A DNA stretch of 64,000 nt. It comes from Octopus vulgaris (taxonomy: Eukaryota). A program made the translations under genes and the position numbers. The notes under the pieces are model-generated. The model had not been told where the DNA came from and ran no database searches. It was given only the letters and a program-made list of their open reading frames with translations. Where the stretch lies: assembly GCA_951406725.2 (NCBI GenBank), contig OX597824.1:83638001-83702000 (forward strand), in the 5' to 3' direction. Below, piece after piece: positions 12,612-27,292 of this stretch; within the stretch, counting starts at the first letter, position 1; every line of letters begins with the position of its first letter.

Positions 12612-12912
12612 TGTTTGTTCCTTCATGAGCCACGCTTGGCTCATAGGGCCGGTTTGCCGGTTTTCTTGGCATATAGGTTCTCCACCTGGACAGGACACCG
12701 GTCCGTCGCAGGTGAGCTGCAAGATGCAGGAGGAAAGAGTGAGAGAAAGTTGTGGCGAAAGAGTCAGCAGAAGTTCGCCATTACCTTCTGCCGGAGCCGT
12801 GTGGAGCTTAGGTGTTTCACTCATAAACACACACATCGCCCAGTCTGAGATTCGAACCCACAATCCCTCGACCGTGAGTCTGCTATTCTAACCACCTGGC
12901 CATGTGCCTCCA
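12612..12912 (-). mobile_element. SINE family B, full length
   Basis: Close inverted match to 31917-32215. Confidence 0.85.
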
Positions 12913-13603
12913 CACACACGTACACATATATATCATCATCATCATCGTTTAATGTCTGCTTTCCTTGATGGTATGGGTTAGACAGTTTGACAAGAGATGG
13001 CTAGGCAGATATATATATATAGGCAGGTTCATTCACAAGGCATTCATCAGCCTGGGGCTATAATAGGAGACACTAACCCAAGGTACTGCACAGTGGGACT
13101 GAACCTGAAACCACATGATTGCAAAGCAAGCTTCTTAACCGCACCAATGCCTACACCAATTATATCAATGAAATTTAATAGTTTTATTTTAAAATTTTTT
13201 ATTAACTTGTTTTGTTTCACACAGTGGTTTAGTTGCTATTTTTTGATATCGACTACTTTTGAACACGTAGCCTATTTTTCCTTCCCCTCAAAATTTCTTA
13301 TCTTTTTAAAAGCGTTCCTGCCATGACCATCCTGTCTTTCTTGGCATAATTATAGTTTGGTGTCCTCCCTTCGTTCTGGAACTTTGTTTTCTTGTAACTT
13401 TTTAATAATGCGCATATTTTTGCATACACAATAGAATCAATCAACTTATTTTCCAGTAACTACCATGTTGGTATGGCATCATCAAGAAATCTACCAAAAA
13501 GAATCTGCGAGCTTTTAGTATCCATTTAATATTGAACAATAGCAGCATTTAACATTATTTTACAGTATTTAACAATATTTTACAATTTCATTTTTCTCTC
13601 CAG

Positions 13604-13691
13604 GGTACAAGCTGCCATCAAATGTAAGACCGTCACAAAAGAAACCAATGATAAAATCCCAGAACCTGTCCCTGTTCAATATCCTCCAGAG
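13604..13691 (+). CDS. DNAH12: DNAH12-like coding exon 2
   Basis: Acceptor TTTTTCTCTCCAG; phase 2 in; VQAAIKCKTVTKETNDKIPEPVPVQYPPE; donor GTAAGC (phase 0). Confidence 0.85.
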
Positions 13692-15054
13692 GTAAGCACA
13701 TTGCAAGTTCGATTCTGCTAATGGCACTGGTTACAGGAGTGCAATGATGATATGGTTGAAGTACTGGCCATGAGTTTGAGCCCCATATTAAAGTAGTCAG
13801 TGTGTTGTGGATGAAAAGCAAAGTTGACCTCAGTGGAATTTGAACTCAGAGCATAACGATGAACAAAATGTTGCTAAGTGTTTTGTCCAGTGGGCTAATG
13901 ATTCTGTCAGCTCACCGAGGCTGTAGAAAAGGATATTTGCCAAAAATGCCATGCAGCAGGATTGACCCTCAGATTTCATGGCTGCAGAGCAAACTTGTAA
14001 CCATATGGCTGTACTCTGCCTTTACATGCATATACATTTACACATATATACATATATATATATATACTTAGAAAAGGTAAATAGTGAATGTAGTATTTTT
14101 CTGCTGGACATATCCTGCTTCATACTTGAAGGCTTTAGGTCATACTACTGACTTGTTAAGACTTAACTCTGCTGTGCTAAGTTGATGCTGACCAAGCATT
14201 CATTTTTGCCTACTGAGCGAACTGGAATGAAGTGCTTTGTCCAAGGATACAGCACATCTGGACAGGGAATCAAACCCACGACCTTATAATTGCGAGCTGG
14301 TTTGCCTTACCACTAGACTAAACATCTCATACATACATATGTATATGTGCACACATACATTTATTTATATGTATGCGCACACAGATGTATATATATATAT
14401 CCCATACATGCATATTCACACATATGCACATGCATACTGGCACACACATACATGTATACATTTTTCAAGGAGTATGAGACGTTTTGGCATTGATGATTCA
14501 ATGCTGACTTATTTGACATCAGACATTTCAATGTTTTTCTCATTCTCTCCCCACATCCCTCCACGCCCTTTTACTGTCTCTCTATGTCTATCTGCTTCTG
14601 TTTATGTGTGTGAACATTTTTCTCTGTGTGTATGAGGAGAGGAGAAAGCATTTATGTCAGCTTTGTTCAGTTAAGAAATTGTAATGTCTCTCTGTACAAC
14701 TATGTACTGACGATTAATATAACATTTTAAATGTTTTATTTGTAAGTTTGAACTCAGAACATAGCAGCTGATGAAATACTGCTGAGCATTTTGCCTGATG
14801 TGCTAACGATTCTGCCAGCTTGCTGCCTTCAGCGATTATCTGTATGTGTATATTTCTGTGCATGTGTGTGTGAGAGTTTGTTTGCCTCCAGTACCAAAAT
14901 ATACTGTCATCAAAACAGGCAGAATTTCCAATCAGCTGTGCCAAATTGTCAGCATCCAAACATCTGCTCTGAATCATCTCATTTTGTTTTCCAAGATCTG
15001 CATCAGTTACTTCATTTGTATACTATGTCTTACATGTATTTATATTTGATACAG

Positions 15055-15081
15055 ATGATGAGTCATACAAGAGCTGTCAGA
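15055..15081 (+). CDS. DNAH12: DNAH12-like coding exon 3, 27-nt microexon
   Basis: TTTGATACAG|ATGATGAGTCATACAAGAGCTGTCAGA|GTAAGT = MMSHTRAVR, phase 0/0; fills the gap between YP and NY in vertebrate DNAH12 as recalled. Confidence 0.7.
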
Positions 15082-15406
15082 GTAAGTCTGTTTATTAAAA
15101 AAACTAACACAATGTTTCATATGAAACTATAATCTCTAATACTTCCTCATGTTGATATCTTTGATATCTTTATTACAATAGTTTGTTTCTCTAAACATAT
15201 TCTACAGGACAGAATGAAAAATACTGTACTTAAATCTTAAAAGAACCCCCTTCCCCCATCAATACGAACTGCTACCATGAATCAATGAAGGAGCTGCTGT
15301 ATGGTTAGTCACTTGGCCTGCTAGAAATAACAGCCAAATCTCTCTCCCAATTTGCACCCTAATGTCTTTCTAAAGAAAAGAATACATTGGATAATATGGT
15401 CTAGGA

Positions 15407-15980
15407 CAGTGCTTCTCAAACTATCTGATGTAGCATACCAGTTTTTTTGTTTTTTCCAATGTGCCAGGAACTGGTAATATTTTTTAGTAATATTAATTTA
15501 TACCGGAGACAATAGCAATAATGAATATAATAAAAGTCGACAATTTGTTTTTATTTTATATTTATTTTGTGAACCAATAATACAAATCTTTTGATCTCCA
15601 TGTGTCTAACATACGTGGACATGCCTACAAAGTCAGAAAACAACACAGCTCCCATGACTTTCGGAAACATTTTTTCACGCTCAGAGTTGCTGAAGCATGG
15701 AGCAAACTGCCTGCGTCAGTTGTTGACTGCCATGACACTGCATCCTTTAAGGCCCTCATGCTTTCCGAAATCCGTCGAAACTACACCTGATTATATATAC
15801 ACTTTAGATGAGTTGTAGTGCACCTGAGCACTGTACACAATTATTATTATTATTATTATTATTATTAAATATTACATAAGCATTTTATAATGTTTCTTTT
15901 CTGGAAACTCGCCGCGTACTGGCAGCAAAAGGCTCGCAGACCGGTGCCGGTCTGCGGACCACCACTTTTGAGTAGCACTG
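15407..15980. mobile_element. hAT-Charlie-type MITE with nested CR1 fragment
   Basis: TIR CAGTGCTTCTCAAA / TTTGAGTAGCACTG; perfect 8-bp TSD GTCTAGGA (15399-15406, 15981-15988). Confidence 0.9.
15590..15866 (+). mobile_element. CR1-clade LINE 3' end
   Basis: RGHAYKVRKQHSSHDFRKHFFTLRVAEAWSKLP matches the CR1 C-terminal RGH...FF..RV...WN.LP motif; (ATT)n tail. Confidence 0.85.
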
Positions 15981-17739
15981 GTCTAGGATACACTTTATCT
16001 GAAAGAAAATGACGGGACGATCATGGGTGGGACGCTTTTGATCATAGGTGCACTTGATCAAGGCTGACCTGCAGTTAAACAACAACAACAACAACAACAA
16101 CAACCAATATTGTTGCTGTACAAAACACACTCAGTTAAATAGCCTCTATATAACCACTCAGCCTGCGAGGAATAGCAAGCAAATAACTTTTAAATAGAAG
16201 CCTAACTTCTTAAGCAAGTGAAGGACAGATTGGATAATGTAACTCTAGGCATTCCATGAAGTGGTCATGGCTGGAATGCCTTTGATTATAGGCTTTTCAG
16301 TCAGGCTTGATGTGATACTCTTGATAATACTAAAGACATTTGCTCATTCATGGTTACTCCCAATGTCACTGATGATGTCATTCTTTTAAACATACTCAAT
16401 CGCTCATATATGGATACTCACTCGATCTATTGCACTAGTTCATAAGATAGATATCCTTATTTAGAGAGGGTTCCTCTCAATGTTCTTCTTAATCCTTTGA
16501 GATCCACAAAATCAACTTTGGTGTCACACTCTGCAATAATAAGTGGATGAGAAGTAAATTTCCACTAGGATAGGATTCTAGTTTATTGCAAATAAAAGAT
16601 TTAGATTCAGTGTATTTCCATCAACATATAAGGGAGATCTAAGATGGTCTGTGTAACAATGTGAGCTACTCAGTGAATAGACACAAAGGCTCCCTCATTA
16701 CTTCATGCGGTCCCCATTTTAGAGACTAATTTTCCTTAGCTTTGCTGCAATTCCCGTTGAATTATCAGGTACTGCTGCTACAATAGTAATACATACTCAT
16801 GAAATAATCTTAAAAGCAAAAAAAAAAAACGAAAAAGAAAAGTATGCTTTCCTGTTCATATGGCTGCTTATTTAATAACTACGAAACACAGATTTACTAC
16901 TCCTACTACTTTTTATTGATGCTAATATAAAAGTAACTAACTAACCATATTGATAAAAAAAAAAAAGAAAAAAATTGTGGGAACCTGTCGTAGACATCTG
17001 TGCATGTGAATGTGGGTTTATGTTTATTGATGTGAAAGGGTGTTGAGTTGTGACCCTTTACCTCACAGTTAACTTAGCTATTTTGGTAAATGAATATTGA
17101 TAAGGTAAGTAGCAGACTATAAATCCTGAAAGAAGGTGCTCCAGCATGTATCCATGCTAGGTATCATCTTTATGAGGCTGTCATCTTTAATGACCGAAAC
17201 TTGTAACAGTAAAAGAGATATGCATGTGCATACGAATATATATATATATATATACATACATATATACATACATATATACATACATGCATTTATATTCCCT
17301 AATACATACATATATGTATATATTGTCTAAGAATCTATAGGTCAGTAAAAATACGCACTCATATATTTGTCAATGGAGTAGGTATATTAATTGAAGTGTA
17401 CAGTATTATATATCCATTACAACCATAACTGCCATCTCTGAAGAGCGCAGGGTTACATAACTGTGCTGTTACTTAACACTCCGTTGTACCCCTAGCACGA
17501 AACTGATTGGTAAGATCGGCTGTATTGGATATGTAATTCTGTGCACTTTGACTAATTGACATATATGTATATATGTGTGTGTACATGTACATACGCACAC
17601 ATATGCATGCATGCATGGACACACGCATACACATAGAATCATGAGTTATGGCATGGTGGAAATTTTCAAAGACCTATTACTTCTTCAGTCAACAAAAAGA
17701 TTGTATTGATGAATGAAGAGTAATTTGTGTAATTCTTGT

Positions 17740-17960
17740 AAATGAATTATGCTATTGCATGGTGACAAATGAGCTGAGAGAAAATTTTCAGTGTACGAAG
17801 AATTGGATGTGATGTACAAGAGAAAAGACTAAACTGATATGGAGACATGCATATCATATCAAGGATGAATGTTGGATATAGAAGCATCAAATAATCCAAT
17901 GGAAAGGAATCTATAGGAAAGGAAGAAATGTTGAAAGTGAACCTCATTGACAAGATGACA
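17740..17960 (+). mobile_element. Degenerate RTE-like LINE C-terminal fragment
   Basis: ...DVQEKRLN*YGDM resembles the R.RL.W.GH motif. Confidence 0.5.
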
Positions 17961-19239
17961 AGATTCTGTGATTCCTTGATTCCATTGTTGCCACTTTACT
18001 GTCTCTAGGGCAGTGCCATCTTAAGACTTGGATGCACTTGGCTTTACTCAGGTATCTAAAAGGTATTGGGACCCAGTATTTATCAAAGTATACTATGGTT
18101 GTTTATGTACGAGCCTCAGTGCATTGTTTTGTCCAGGGGCTCTATGGTTCTATTAAGACAACCTTGCTTTAGTAAGCGTGTCATTTCAGAGTAAGGCATT
18201 TTAATACTGCATCTTTCATTTTCTCTCCTCATTTCTGTATATTTCTGCCTTAAAGATTTGAAGAAGCTTCTTTGGTTCCTCAATTCTTCTGATTATTTTC
18301 GTAGTTTACCAATGCCATTCTGAGTCTTTTATATCTTCTTGCATATATATTCTCTGCTTATGTTTGAGCCCCACTACAAATGGTAACGTTTGATAAGACG
18401 TTATGCTGCAGGAGACCCATTCGTTCTATATGAGCATGGAAACAGACGAGAAATGACGATTAGATACACATGATTACAGGCAAACACTTATAAGAAAGTC
18501 AAATAAAGTTATAACCTCACAAAAAAATTATATTAGTTGATAACCCACAAAATAATTTCAGGGTAATACTATATAATAATTCATTAGATTATTTAATAAA
18601 AATTTTTTTAATTATAACATAAGCCACTTTCTGCATGATGGCCATAAAAACATAGGAGTAAATACTTACTAAAATGCTGCAGTGTTTCTGTAGAGAAAAA
18701 ACTTTCACATTCGCTCATGCTTAATTTTAGATTTTTACTGAGAGAGAAAGAGAAAAAAAATATTTCATAGGCAATCAAAAGTTGTCCCCCTTACATTCAA
18801 TTATTTCAGTTTTTCCACAATTTTTGTTGCTACTGTATGGAACTTAGGGAAAGTGTCTTCCGTCGTAATTTCGTGAATAGAATGGGGAAGGTGGAAACTA
18901 CAAGTCCATCAGTTAGGCTGTCTTGTAATTCAATGGCCCAACCTTACACAGTTCAGAGTGTGTATATGTATGTCATCATCATCATCATCATCATCATTTA
19001 ATGTTCTTTTTTTTATGCTGGTATGGGTTGGATGGTTTAACATGAACAGACATACCAGGGGGATGTGCCAAGTTCTAATGTTTGGTTTGCTTTAGCATGG
19101 TTTCTATAGCTAGATACCGTTCCTAATGCCGACCACTTCACTGGGTACTTTTTATGTGGCACCAGCACTGATGAGGTCATCACAAGGCAAAATCTCTCAA
19201 CTGAGTGAGGTATGGTCATCACCATGACATGGTCGAGCT

Positions 19240-19978
19240 TGCTTGGACATTTTAAACTCACACAGACCATCTGAGAGAGATCTCTGAGGAGACATTCATT
19301 GAGAGTTGATCTGCATACATTGTGCTTGGATGACCTGCTTGAGTACATCCATGCTTTGGTATCCCTAGCAGTTGGTCACTTGCCAGCACTTGTTTATCTC
19401 ATCAGCAATATCTTGCAAAACACAAGCGCCTTTCCCTCATAATGACAGAGACAACCAGATCTTCATTCAGTTGACTCTTGGTGGGATGAGTTCTCCAAAA
19501 TATGTTTAAGACTGCTCTTAACATTCAGGTGTAAGTTCCATCTAGCTTACATTCCAGTTTTTTTGGTAAGCATCCAGGCTGTTGCTCCATATAAAAGGAC
19601 TGACTCAACTGTTGCATCAAAAAAACTCCTGTTTAGGGTGTCTGACCCTAAAGGATTGATTTCCAGACAACATCTAATTTGCTAAGGGCTGATCATACTT
19701 TGGTGATCCTTTACAGTTGAGGCTATCTCAGAATATCACTTTACAATCTAAACATCCATGGCTTCACACTTGCTCAAAGAAGATTGATCAGACATCCAGC
19801 TCAGAAAATAATTGATGTAGACTATGCTGATGATTTAGCCTTGCTCTCTGACACAATATCAAGCTCTACCCAATTACTTCAGAGCCTGGAATTAGCTGCA
19901 CAAGGTGTGGGACTGCTTGTTAATCCTAATAAAACCAAGTTTATTACTCACAATCACAAAGGATCCATCACCAACATC
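19240..19978 (-). mobile_element. RTE LINE relic with inverted 5' segment
   Basis: Minus strand 19730-19390: FFDATVESVLLYGATAWMLTKKLECKLDGTY; plus strand 19757-19978: GFTLAQRR...DVDYADDLALL...GLLVNPNKTK. Confidence 0.85.
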
Positions 19979-20635
19979 AGAGAGAAAACCCCATCAACCA
20001 AGGGGTATTGTATTGAGGGATTAGAAAGTAAGATAGAAGAGCAGGAGCAGGTGTCTTGCTGAAGAGGAGAATACATGGCTTGCCCACCTGGAAAAAGAGA
20101 GAGATGTGAGGTCAAGATTCAAAGAGAATAAGAGAGGAAGAAAGGACTAGAGGAAGGGGGATGTGTTGGTAAGGGTACTAGGGTGAGAATAGTGTGACAG
20201 ATGATTAGAAATAGGGAGTGAGTTGGACAGAAGTTCATTTTGGAAGCTCCACAGAAGCTATACGGTGATGCACAAGCACTTATAGATTTAAGTCTACTGC
20301 ATCTTAGAGCAGAAACAGCTGTAAGCTAATTAAATTCATTGCATAATTTCCTGTTCCTTTGTCATTCATCTAATTTCATATTATGCTCTGTATCAATTAA
20401 GCTTATAAAATACTGAGTTCAAACACCGGGTTATTAATATATCTATCCCTGAGTGAAACATGCATGCATGCATACATACATACATACATACATACATACA
20501 CTCACACACACACACACACATACAAAGTGACAAACTGAGGAAAAGTGTTTCTTCAAAGGAGTGTGTTGAATACCATATAAATAAATATATATGTGTATGT
20601 ATGTATATGTATGAGTGTGTATGTATGTGTGTATG

Positions 20636-20704
<69 letters not shown>

Positions 20705-20889
20705 TATATGGATATTAAGTATATGTGTGTGTGTGTGTGTGTGAAATATAAATTTCAAGATCTGATAGTATCAAGTATTTAAATAGTAAAAGTACCAAGC
20801 TAGAGATAAGGACAGCACACTAGTGTACTGATAATGTGTGTTGACATATATGTACTTGTTAAAGTAAATATGGGTTTGTCACTCCAGTT

Positions 20890-21380
20890 ATGCACTCATT
20901 CACCAATAGCTGACTGAATACACAGTGTGTCACCAAAGTCATACAGAGGTATGCCCACTGCATATATTCAACAGTCGACTATAAGCCCCAGATCCAACAC
21001 ATCTCTAAGATTGTCAAGAAGGTTGAGGGTGTCTTAGCATCACCCATTGAGACCTTTGTCAGCTGCACTCCAGCTATCTATTTAAAACTACTTGACAATG
21101 GCATGTCCACACTTAGAATTCACATCACCAGTCTGAAACCCCTATCTTGCTCAGCATATATATAAATCTCTAGGAAACTGTTCTGAAATGTGCAACAAAA
21201 TGAATACCCGTGATCAGACATCTACCATGCTTTGAATGTCTGGCAATTGACTTGGTAGACACCCATAAGATTATCTACCATCTTTCCAACAACAACCTTG
21301 GGCACCTTTTTGAATTCCATACGTCTAACACATGCAGACATGCTTACAAAATCAGAAAACAACACAGCACTCATGGCTTC
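20890..21380 (+). mobile_element. Old CR1 LINE fragment
   Basis: PHLEFTSPV*NP-like motif and ...HAYKIRKQHSTH; same family as 15590. Confidence 0.75.
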
Positions 21381-22317
21381 GGAGTTGTGGTGAAAGAGTA
21401 CACCTAGGATCACCACCACCACCTGCTGGAGCCTCGTGGACCTTTAGATGTTTTCGCTCAATAAACACTCACAACGCCCGGTCTGGGAATCGAAACCACG
21501 ATCCTACGATTGCGAGTCCGCTGCCCTAACCAGTGGGCCATTGCGCCTCCACATATATATATATATATTAGGTATATGTGTGTGAGTGTGTATTGGTACT
21601 GGTGTCATGTAAAAAGCACCTAGTCCACTCAGTTATATAGACAGCATTCGGAAGAGTGTCCAGCTGTAGAAATCATGTCAAAACAGATATAGGAACTAGC
21701 AATGTCCTCTGGCTCATCTTTGCTTGTCAAGCCATCCGACCCATGCCAGCATGGAAAAAAGGACGTTAAATGGTAGTAGTGGTGATGTTGATGATGATGT
21801 TGATCTGTGTGTATGTGTGAAAGAAATAAGTATGTGTGAACTACTCATCCACCTAAAGCGTTGAACAAGGAGTTTGTAATTCCATTCATCAAATAACGGT
21901 AATGCTCATCTTTGGAACAGATGCTAGATCTGTGTATCCAGTGCAATGATTGATGCAGGAATTCACTACAAACAGAGAAGAATTGAGTTTCTGTCGGTTG
22001 GAGTATTATTTGGAATTAGTTCTGCATCTTTCGTGAAGAGGTAGCTAGGTAGATAGAAAAAAAAGAGATAAATAGACAGGCAGAGAGGGAGATTAATAGA
22101 TAGCTAGAGAATCAGGGAGAAAGACTGATCAATAGATAGAGAGAGAAATATAGAGAAAGAGACAGACAAGGAGGAGAAAGAGAGAGGAGGCTAAGTTTAA
22201 ATCATTTATCTCACTTGCACAATGTAAATTTTATCAAAGAATATTATGCATGCATATACATTCATGCACACACATATTGCTATATAATGTCACATCATAC
22301 ACGCATATATATATATA

Positions 22318-22376
<59 letters not shown>

Positions 22377-22399
22377 GTATATATATATGTATATATATA

Positions 22400-22620
22400 T
22401 ATATGCTTTCCTGTGTGTATATGTGTAATTAACTATGTGAATGATGTGTAAATTTATAGTTTGTACAAATATATTGGGTATGCACATAATATACATAGAT
22501 ATACATATATATATATGTATATGCTTTTCTGTGTGTATATGTGTAATTAACTATGTGAATGATGTGTAAATTTATAGTTTGTATAAATATATTGTATATG
22601 CACATAATATACATACATAC
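22400..22620. repeat. Local tandem duplication of about 118 bp
   Basis: TGTGTAATTAACTATGTGAATGATGTGTAAATTTATAGTTTGTA occurs twice. Confidence 0.85.
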
Positions 22621-23239
22621 ATAAATATACATACATGCATACATACATACATACACACACATACTCTCTCACACACACACACATGAGAGCGATAATACTA
22701 TCAAGAATACCATATATATGCATGTATGTATATACACAGATATACATATGTATGCATTTATACATATTGCATTTAAACTAATAAATGCAGAGCTATGATT
22801 TGTTTTTGCAAATACATATATGTATATATATATATCTGTGTGTATGTGTGTGTGTGTGTGTATGTGTGTGTGTGTGTGCGTGTGTGTGTGTGTGAGGTGG
22901 AAACATTGAAATAAAGTAAGCTTCCAATGTTGGACATCTGTAGAGACAGCAAATGTGGCTTAGTGCTAAGTAGCTGACAACTTATCTGTGAAGCTAGCAA
23001 GATACATGTGGAAAGAAATAAAGTTCAGCTAAAATGCCAATAATTTGCATGCAGCCCCCCCCCCCCCCCCTGCCACACACACACATACACACACACTCAC
23101 ACATACACATTTACACACACACACACCATTTTCAAAAAGAAGGGCTGCAAACTCAATCTGTATTGTCGTGTGTTTAGATATGTATGTTTCATGCATATGT
23201 ATACATCCACACACATGCACACACACACACACACACACA

Positions 23240-23544
23240 CATATACATGCATATATGTATGTATGTTTATATGAATGTATATATACATATGTGTGTGTGT
23301 ATATATGTGTGTGTGTGTATGTGTGTGTAAGTTGTCTAAGAGTCCATAAATCAGGAAAAAATGCCCTCGTATATCTGTCACACATGCACACATACACACA
23401 CACTCACATATACACGCATATATGTATGTATGTTTATATGCATGTATATATACATATGTGTGTGTATATATGTATATGTGTATGTGTGTGTGTAAGTTGT
23501 CCAAGAGTCCATAAATCAGGAAAAAATGCCCTCGTATATCTGTC
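23240..23544. repeat. Local tandem duplication of about 165 bp
   Basis: GTAAGTTGTC(T/C)AAGAGTCCATAAATCAGGAAAAAATGCCCTCGTATATCTGTCA occurs twice. Confidence 0.85.
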
Positions 23545-24838
23545 AGTAGAGTGGGTGTATTATCCAAAGTGTATAATATTATATAGAGGCTATAGTAGAA
23601 GACATTTGTCCAAGGAGCTACACAGTGATACTGAACCCAGAACCATGTGGTTGGGAAGCAAGCTTCTTACCACACAGCCACACCTGCGCCTGACGAGTTT
23701 CTTTATATATTTATACGCATGTGTGTGTGTCTGTGCATGTGTATGTGCGTTTGTGTGCGTGTGTGTGTATGTATGTATTTGTACTGGCGTAGACATGGCT
23801 TTGTGGTTAAGAAATTTGCTTTCCGATCGCATAGTTTTGGGTTCAGCTCCACTTTGTGCCCCCCACCCAGGAAAGTGTCTTGTGAGTGGATTTGGTAAGT
23901 GGAAACTGGAAGGAGTTTGTCTGTTTGCGTGTGCTTTTGTCTTTTTTTCTTTCTTGTCATTGCATGATAGCTGTAAACGAGTATCAATGTCATACAAGTG
24001 GTGTTGTTTTGTTTCTGATCTTCCATGAACAGGTGTCTAACCATGAGTGAACATTACATTTCTTGGAAACAGATAAGGTTTAGCAACAGGAAGGGCATCC
24101 ACCTGTTGAAAAGTTACAAGGTCATAGACACATCAACACTGGTTGTCAAGTGGTGCTGGGAGACAAACACAGACGCAAAGACATACACACACTCACATAC
24201 ACACACACACACACACATGCATATACATACACAGCAGTCTTCTGTCAGTTTCTATCTACCAAATCCACTCACAAGGTTTTGGTTGGCTTGAGGCTATAAT
24301 AGAAGACACTTGCCCAAGGTGCCATGTAGTGGGACTGAACCCGGAACCATGTGGTTAGGAAGTAAGCTTCTTACCACAATGCCATGCCTCTGTATGTGTA
24401 TGTGTGTGTGTGTGTGTGTGTGTGTCTGTGTGTGTGTATGCGCATGCAACTAAGTAAATATATGTGTACAGTGTTATGTATTGCATCACTGTGTGGTTGA
24501 TAAGCTTGCTTTAGAACCATCTGGTCTCAGGTTCAGTCCTACTTTGCGGTGTCTTTGGTAGATGTCTTCTCCTATAGCCCTTGGCTGACCAAAGCCTAGT
24601 GAGTTGATTTGGTAGATAGAAACTGAAAGAAGCTCCAAATCTCATACACTGGCCTATTCTTGACTATGATATAAATATCTCCCTATATTTTCTACAATAC
24701 AAACCCTTTCTCTCTCTCTGTCTCTCTCTCTGTAACGAACATTTCTATTTCTTCTCCCAATTGTTAATTACAGTATAAGCATTTTTCTCCCCTATCCTTG
24801 TCTTCTGTCCACCAATACATACTCACCCACCATATAAA

Positions 24839-24881
<43 letters not shown>

Positions 24882-24886
24882 TTATG

Positions 24887-24986
<100 letters not shown>

Positions 24987-25028
24987 CATACATATATATA
25001 CAGCTATATATACTCATATATATTCATA

Positions 25029-25069
<41 letters not shown>

Positions 25070-26346
25070 TCATATATATTCATATATATGTATATATATA
25101 TATACGCACACAAATATATATATATATATTCATATACTTACACATACTTATAAATAAATTCATATACACATACACACTCACACACACACACAAGGATACA
25201 CGCATAAGGATACACACGTACATACTCAGACAGTGGAATATAAACTGACATATTTCAGAAGAATTTTTTCTTTTCTTTTTCACATAATTTTGTTGGTTTT
25301 GTGACTTAAAAGCATTGCTCTTGTTACAGAACCTGAATTTATTGTCGTATCTCCTGAGGATTGAACAATACAGTCTTGGAAAATGGAAATATTTATTTAC
25401 TTTCGTTACTTCTTTTTTTCTGTTTGTTGCCTTATTATTTTTTATTTTGTCGTTATTGTTATTTTTTTTCTCATAATCAATACTACATAAATCCGCACGT
25501 TTTTTTTTTTTGTTGCTGTTGTTTTAATCTTGTTCCATCTGTCACCCTTGTGGCAAATAAAAGCAATATCCATTGTCATCATCATCATCATCATCATCAT
25601 CATTATCCTCACGTTCTTTCTTTTCATCATCATTATCATCATCATCAGCATCATCATCATTGATTTCTGTATTGGTCAGAAGCGCTGAACATATATTTGT
25701 GTGTGTATGTGTGTCTATGTATTTGTGACAGCATATATTTAAATATGTGCATTTAATTAATGTGTATGTATGATTGTTTATGCATTTATAACTTTTTGAT
25801 ATATATATATATATAGATAGATATATATATACATATATATACATATATATACACACACACATATATATATACACATATATATATATATGTGTGTACATAT
25901 ATACATACATACATAATACAAATATGTATATATATATATATTTATTTATTTATGTATGTATATAGTAGGTGCAGAAAAGGGTATATGTAGATGCAGGCAT
26001 GGTTTTTGGGGTTAAGAAGTTCACTTCCAAACCACATGGTTCTGGTTTCAGTTCCACTATGCAGCCCTGAGGCAAGTGTCTTCTTCTACATACCTTTGCT
26101 GACCAAAGTTTTGTCAATGAATTTTATTTGATGGAGACTGAACGAAGTTTGTAACATATATATATGTGTGTGTGTGTGTGTGTTTGTGTGTGAGTACATT
26201 TCTGCTCTATAAAAGCCATGAACTATGAGCAATGACGTTTGTGCTGCCAACATATTGTCTGCTGGTCTGCTGGCTTTGCACTTTTGGAGATGTGAAATAA
26301 AAGATTGCTTGAAAAACAAGCAAAGATGATAAAGATTATATGTATA

Positions 26347-26850
26347 CTAGCAGTATCGCCCGGCGTTGCTCGGGTTTGTAAGGGAAATAACTATATAAGC
26401 ATTTTTAGAGAGTTACTTCCCTTATAGATGCCAATTCGGGCTTTCTTAGCCATTTCTGTTTTGGTGTCTTCAAGCCATGAAGTTGTTGTTCTAAAAGAAC
26501 GCTGGTCTCCTTGACAATGCTTTATGACGTTGATTTCCTTACACTCCCTTCCCCACAGCTTCACGAGGGAGGGAAGAAGGGGGAGAAGCAAACAGGTGCA
26601 GGTGTGACCATGGACGCCAACTCCGTCGCCATCGACACGAAAAATTATGCATTAAAATGGAATAAAAAATGATGATAAATTATTTTTAAAATCGTAGACT
26701 CATCGTAGACGCGCGCTAATACTCATACGGGCTCGATATGAATCACGACTATAAGATACCCGAATTTGGTTAAACTGCACCGCAAAATGTGGGAGTAGTT
26801 AGGAATCTAAATCGAAGGGGACAGACACACAACTTGACTTTTATATATAA

Positions 26851-26853
<3 letters not shown>
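26347..26853 (-). mobile_element. Non-autonomous Helitron (about 507 bp)
   Basis: Minus strand: A|TCTTTATATATAAAAG...CCCGAGCAACGCCGGG hairpin, CGATACTG-CTAG|T; second copy at 35677-36197. Confidence 0.9.
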
Positions 26854-26891
<38 letters not shown>

Positions 26892-27292
26892 ACCATTTTA
26901 CACAAATGGTGTCACTGGGAAGATATATGGTAACACAAACACACACACACATACACTCACACATACATAAAAATGATAGACTCCCATAGTTTCCATCTTC
27001 AAGATTTCGTTCATATGGCATCTGTCAGCCTGAGGCTGTTGTTGGAGATAATTTGTTCAAGTGCAATAGTGTGGCACTGAACCAGAAACTGTGATTACAT
27101 AGCAAACTTTGCCACCGCACAGTCATATCTGTATCTTCATTGTTCATCTCATGCTCATCACCACCATCATCATCATCACCACGACTAACACCATCACTGT
27201 CTGTCATGTATATCAAGGCCTTTGTTATATTTATTCATTTTCTGTCACTTATAGAAAAAAATATATTATCAATCATGGTTTTTTTCTGTTAG

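Noticed and set aside
17135-17217. Hammerhead-like ATGAG...CGAAAC
   Set aside because: Lacks the CTG of the core; explained as a variant family A SINE tail
23045-24028. 327-aa ORF, the longest in the track
   Set aside because: Patchwork of microsatellites and SINE fragments
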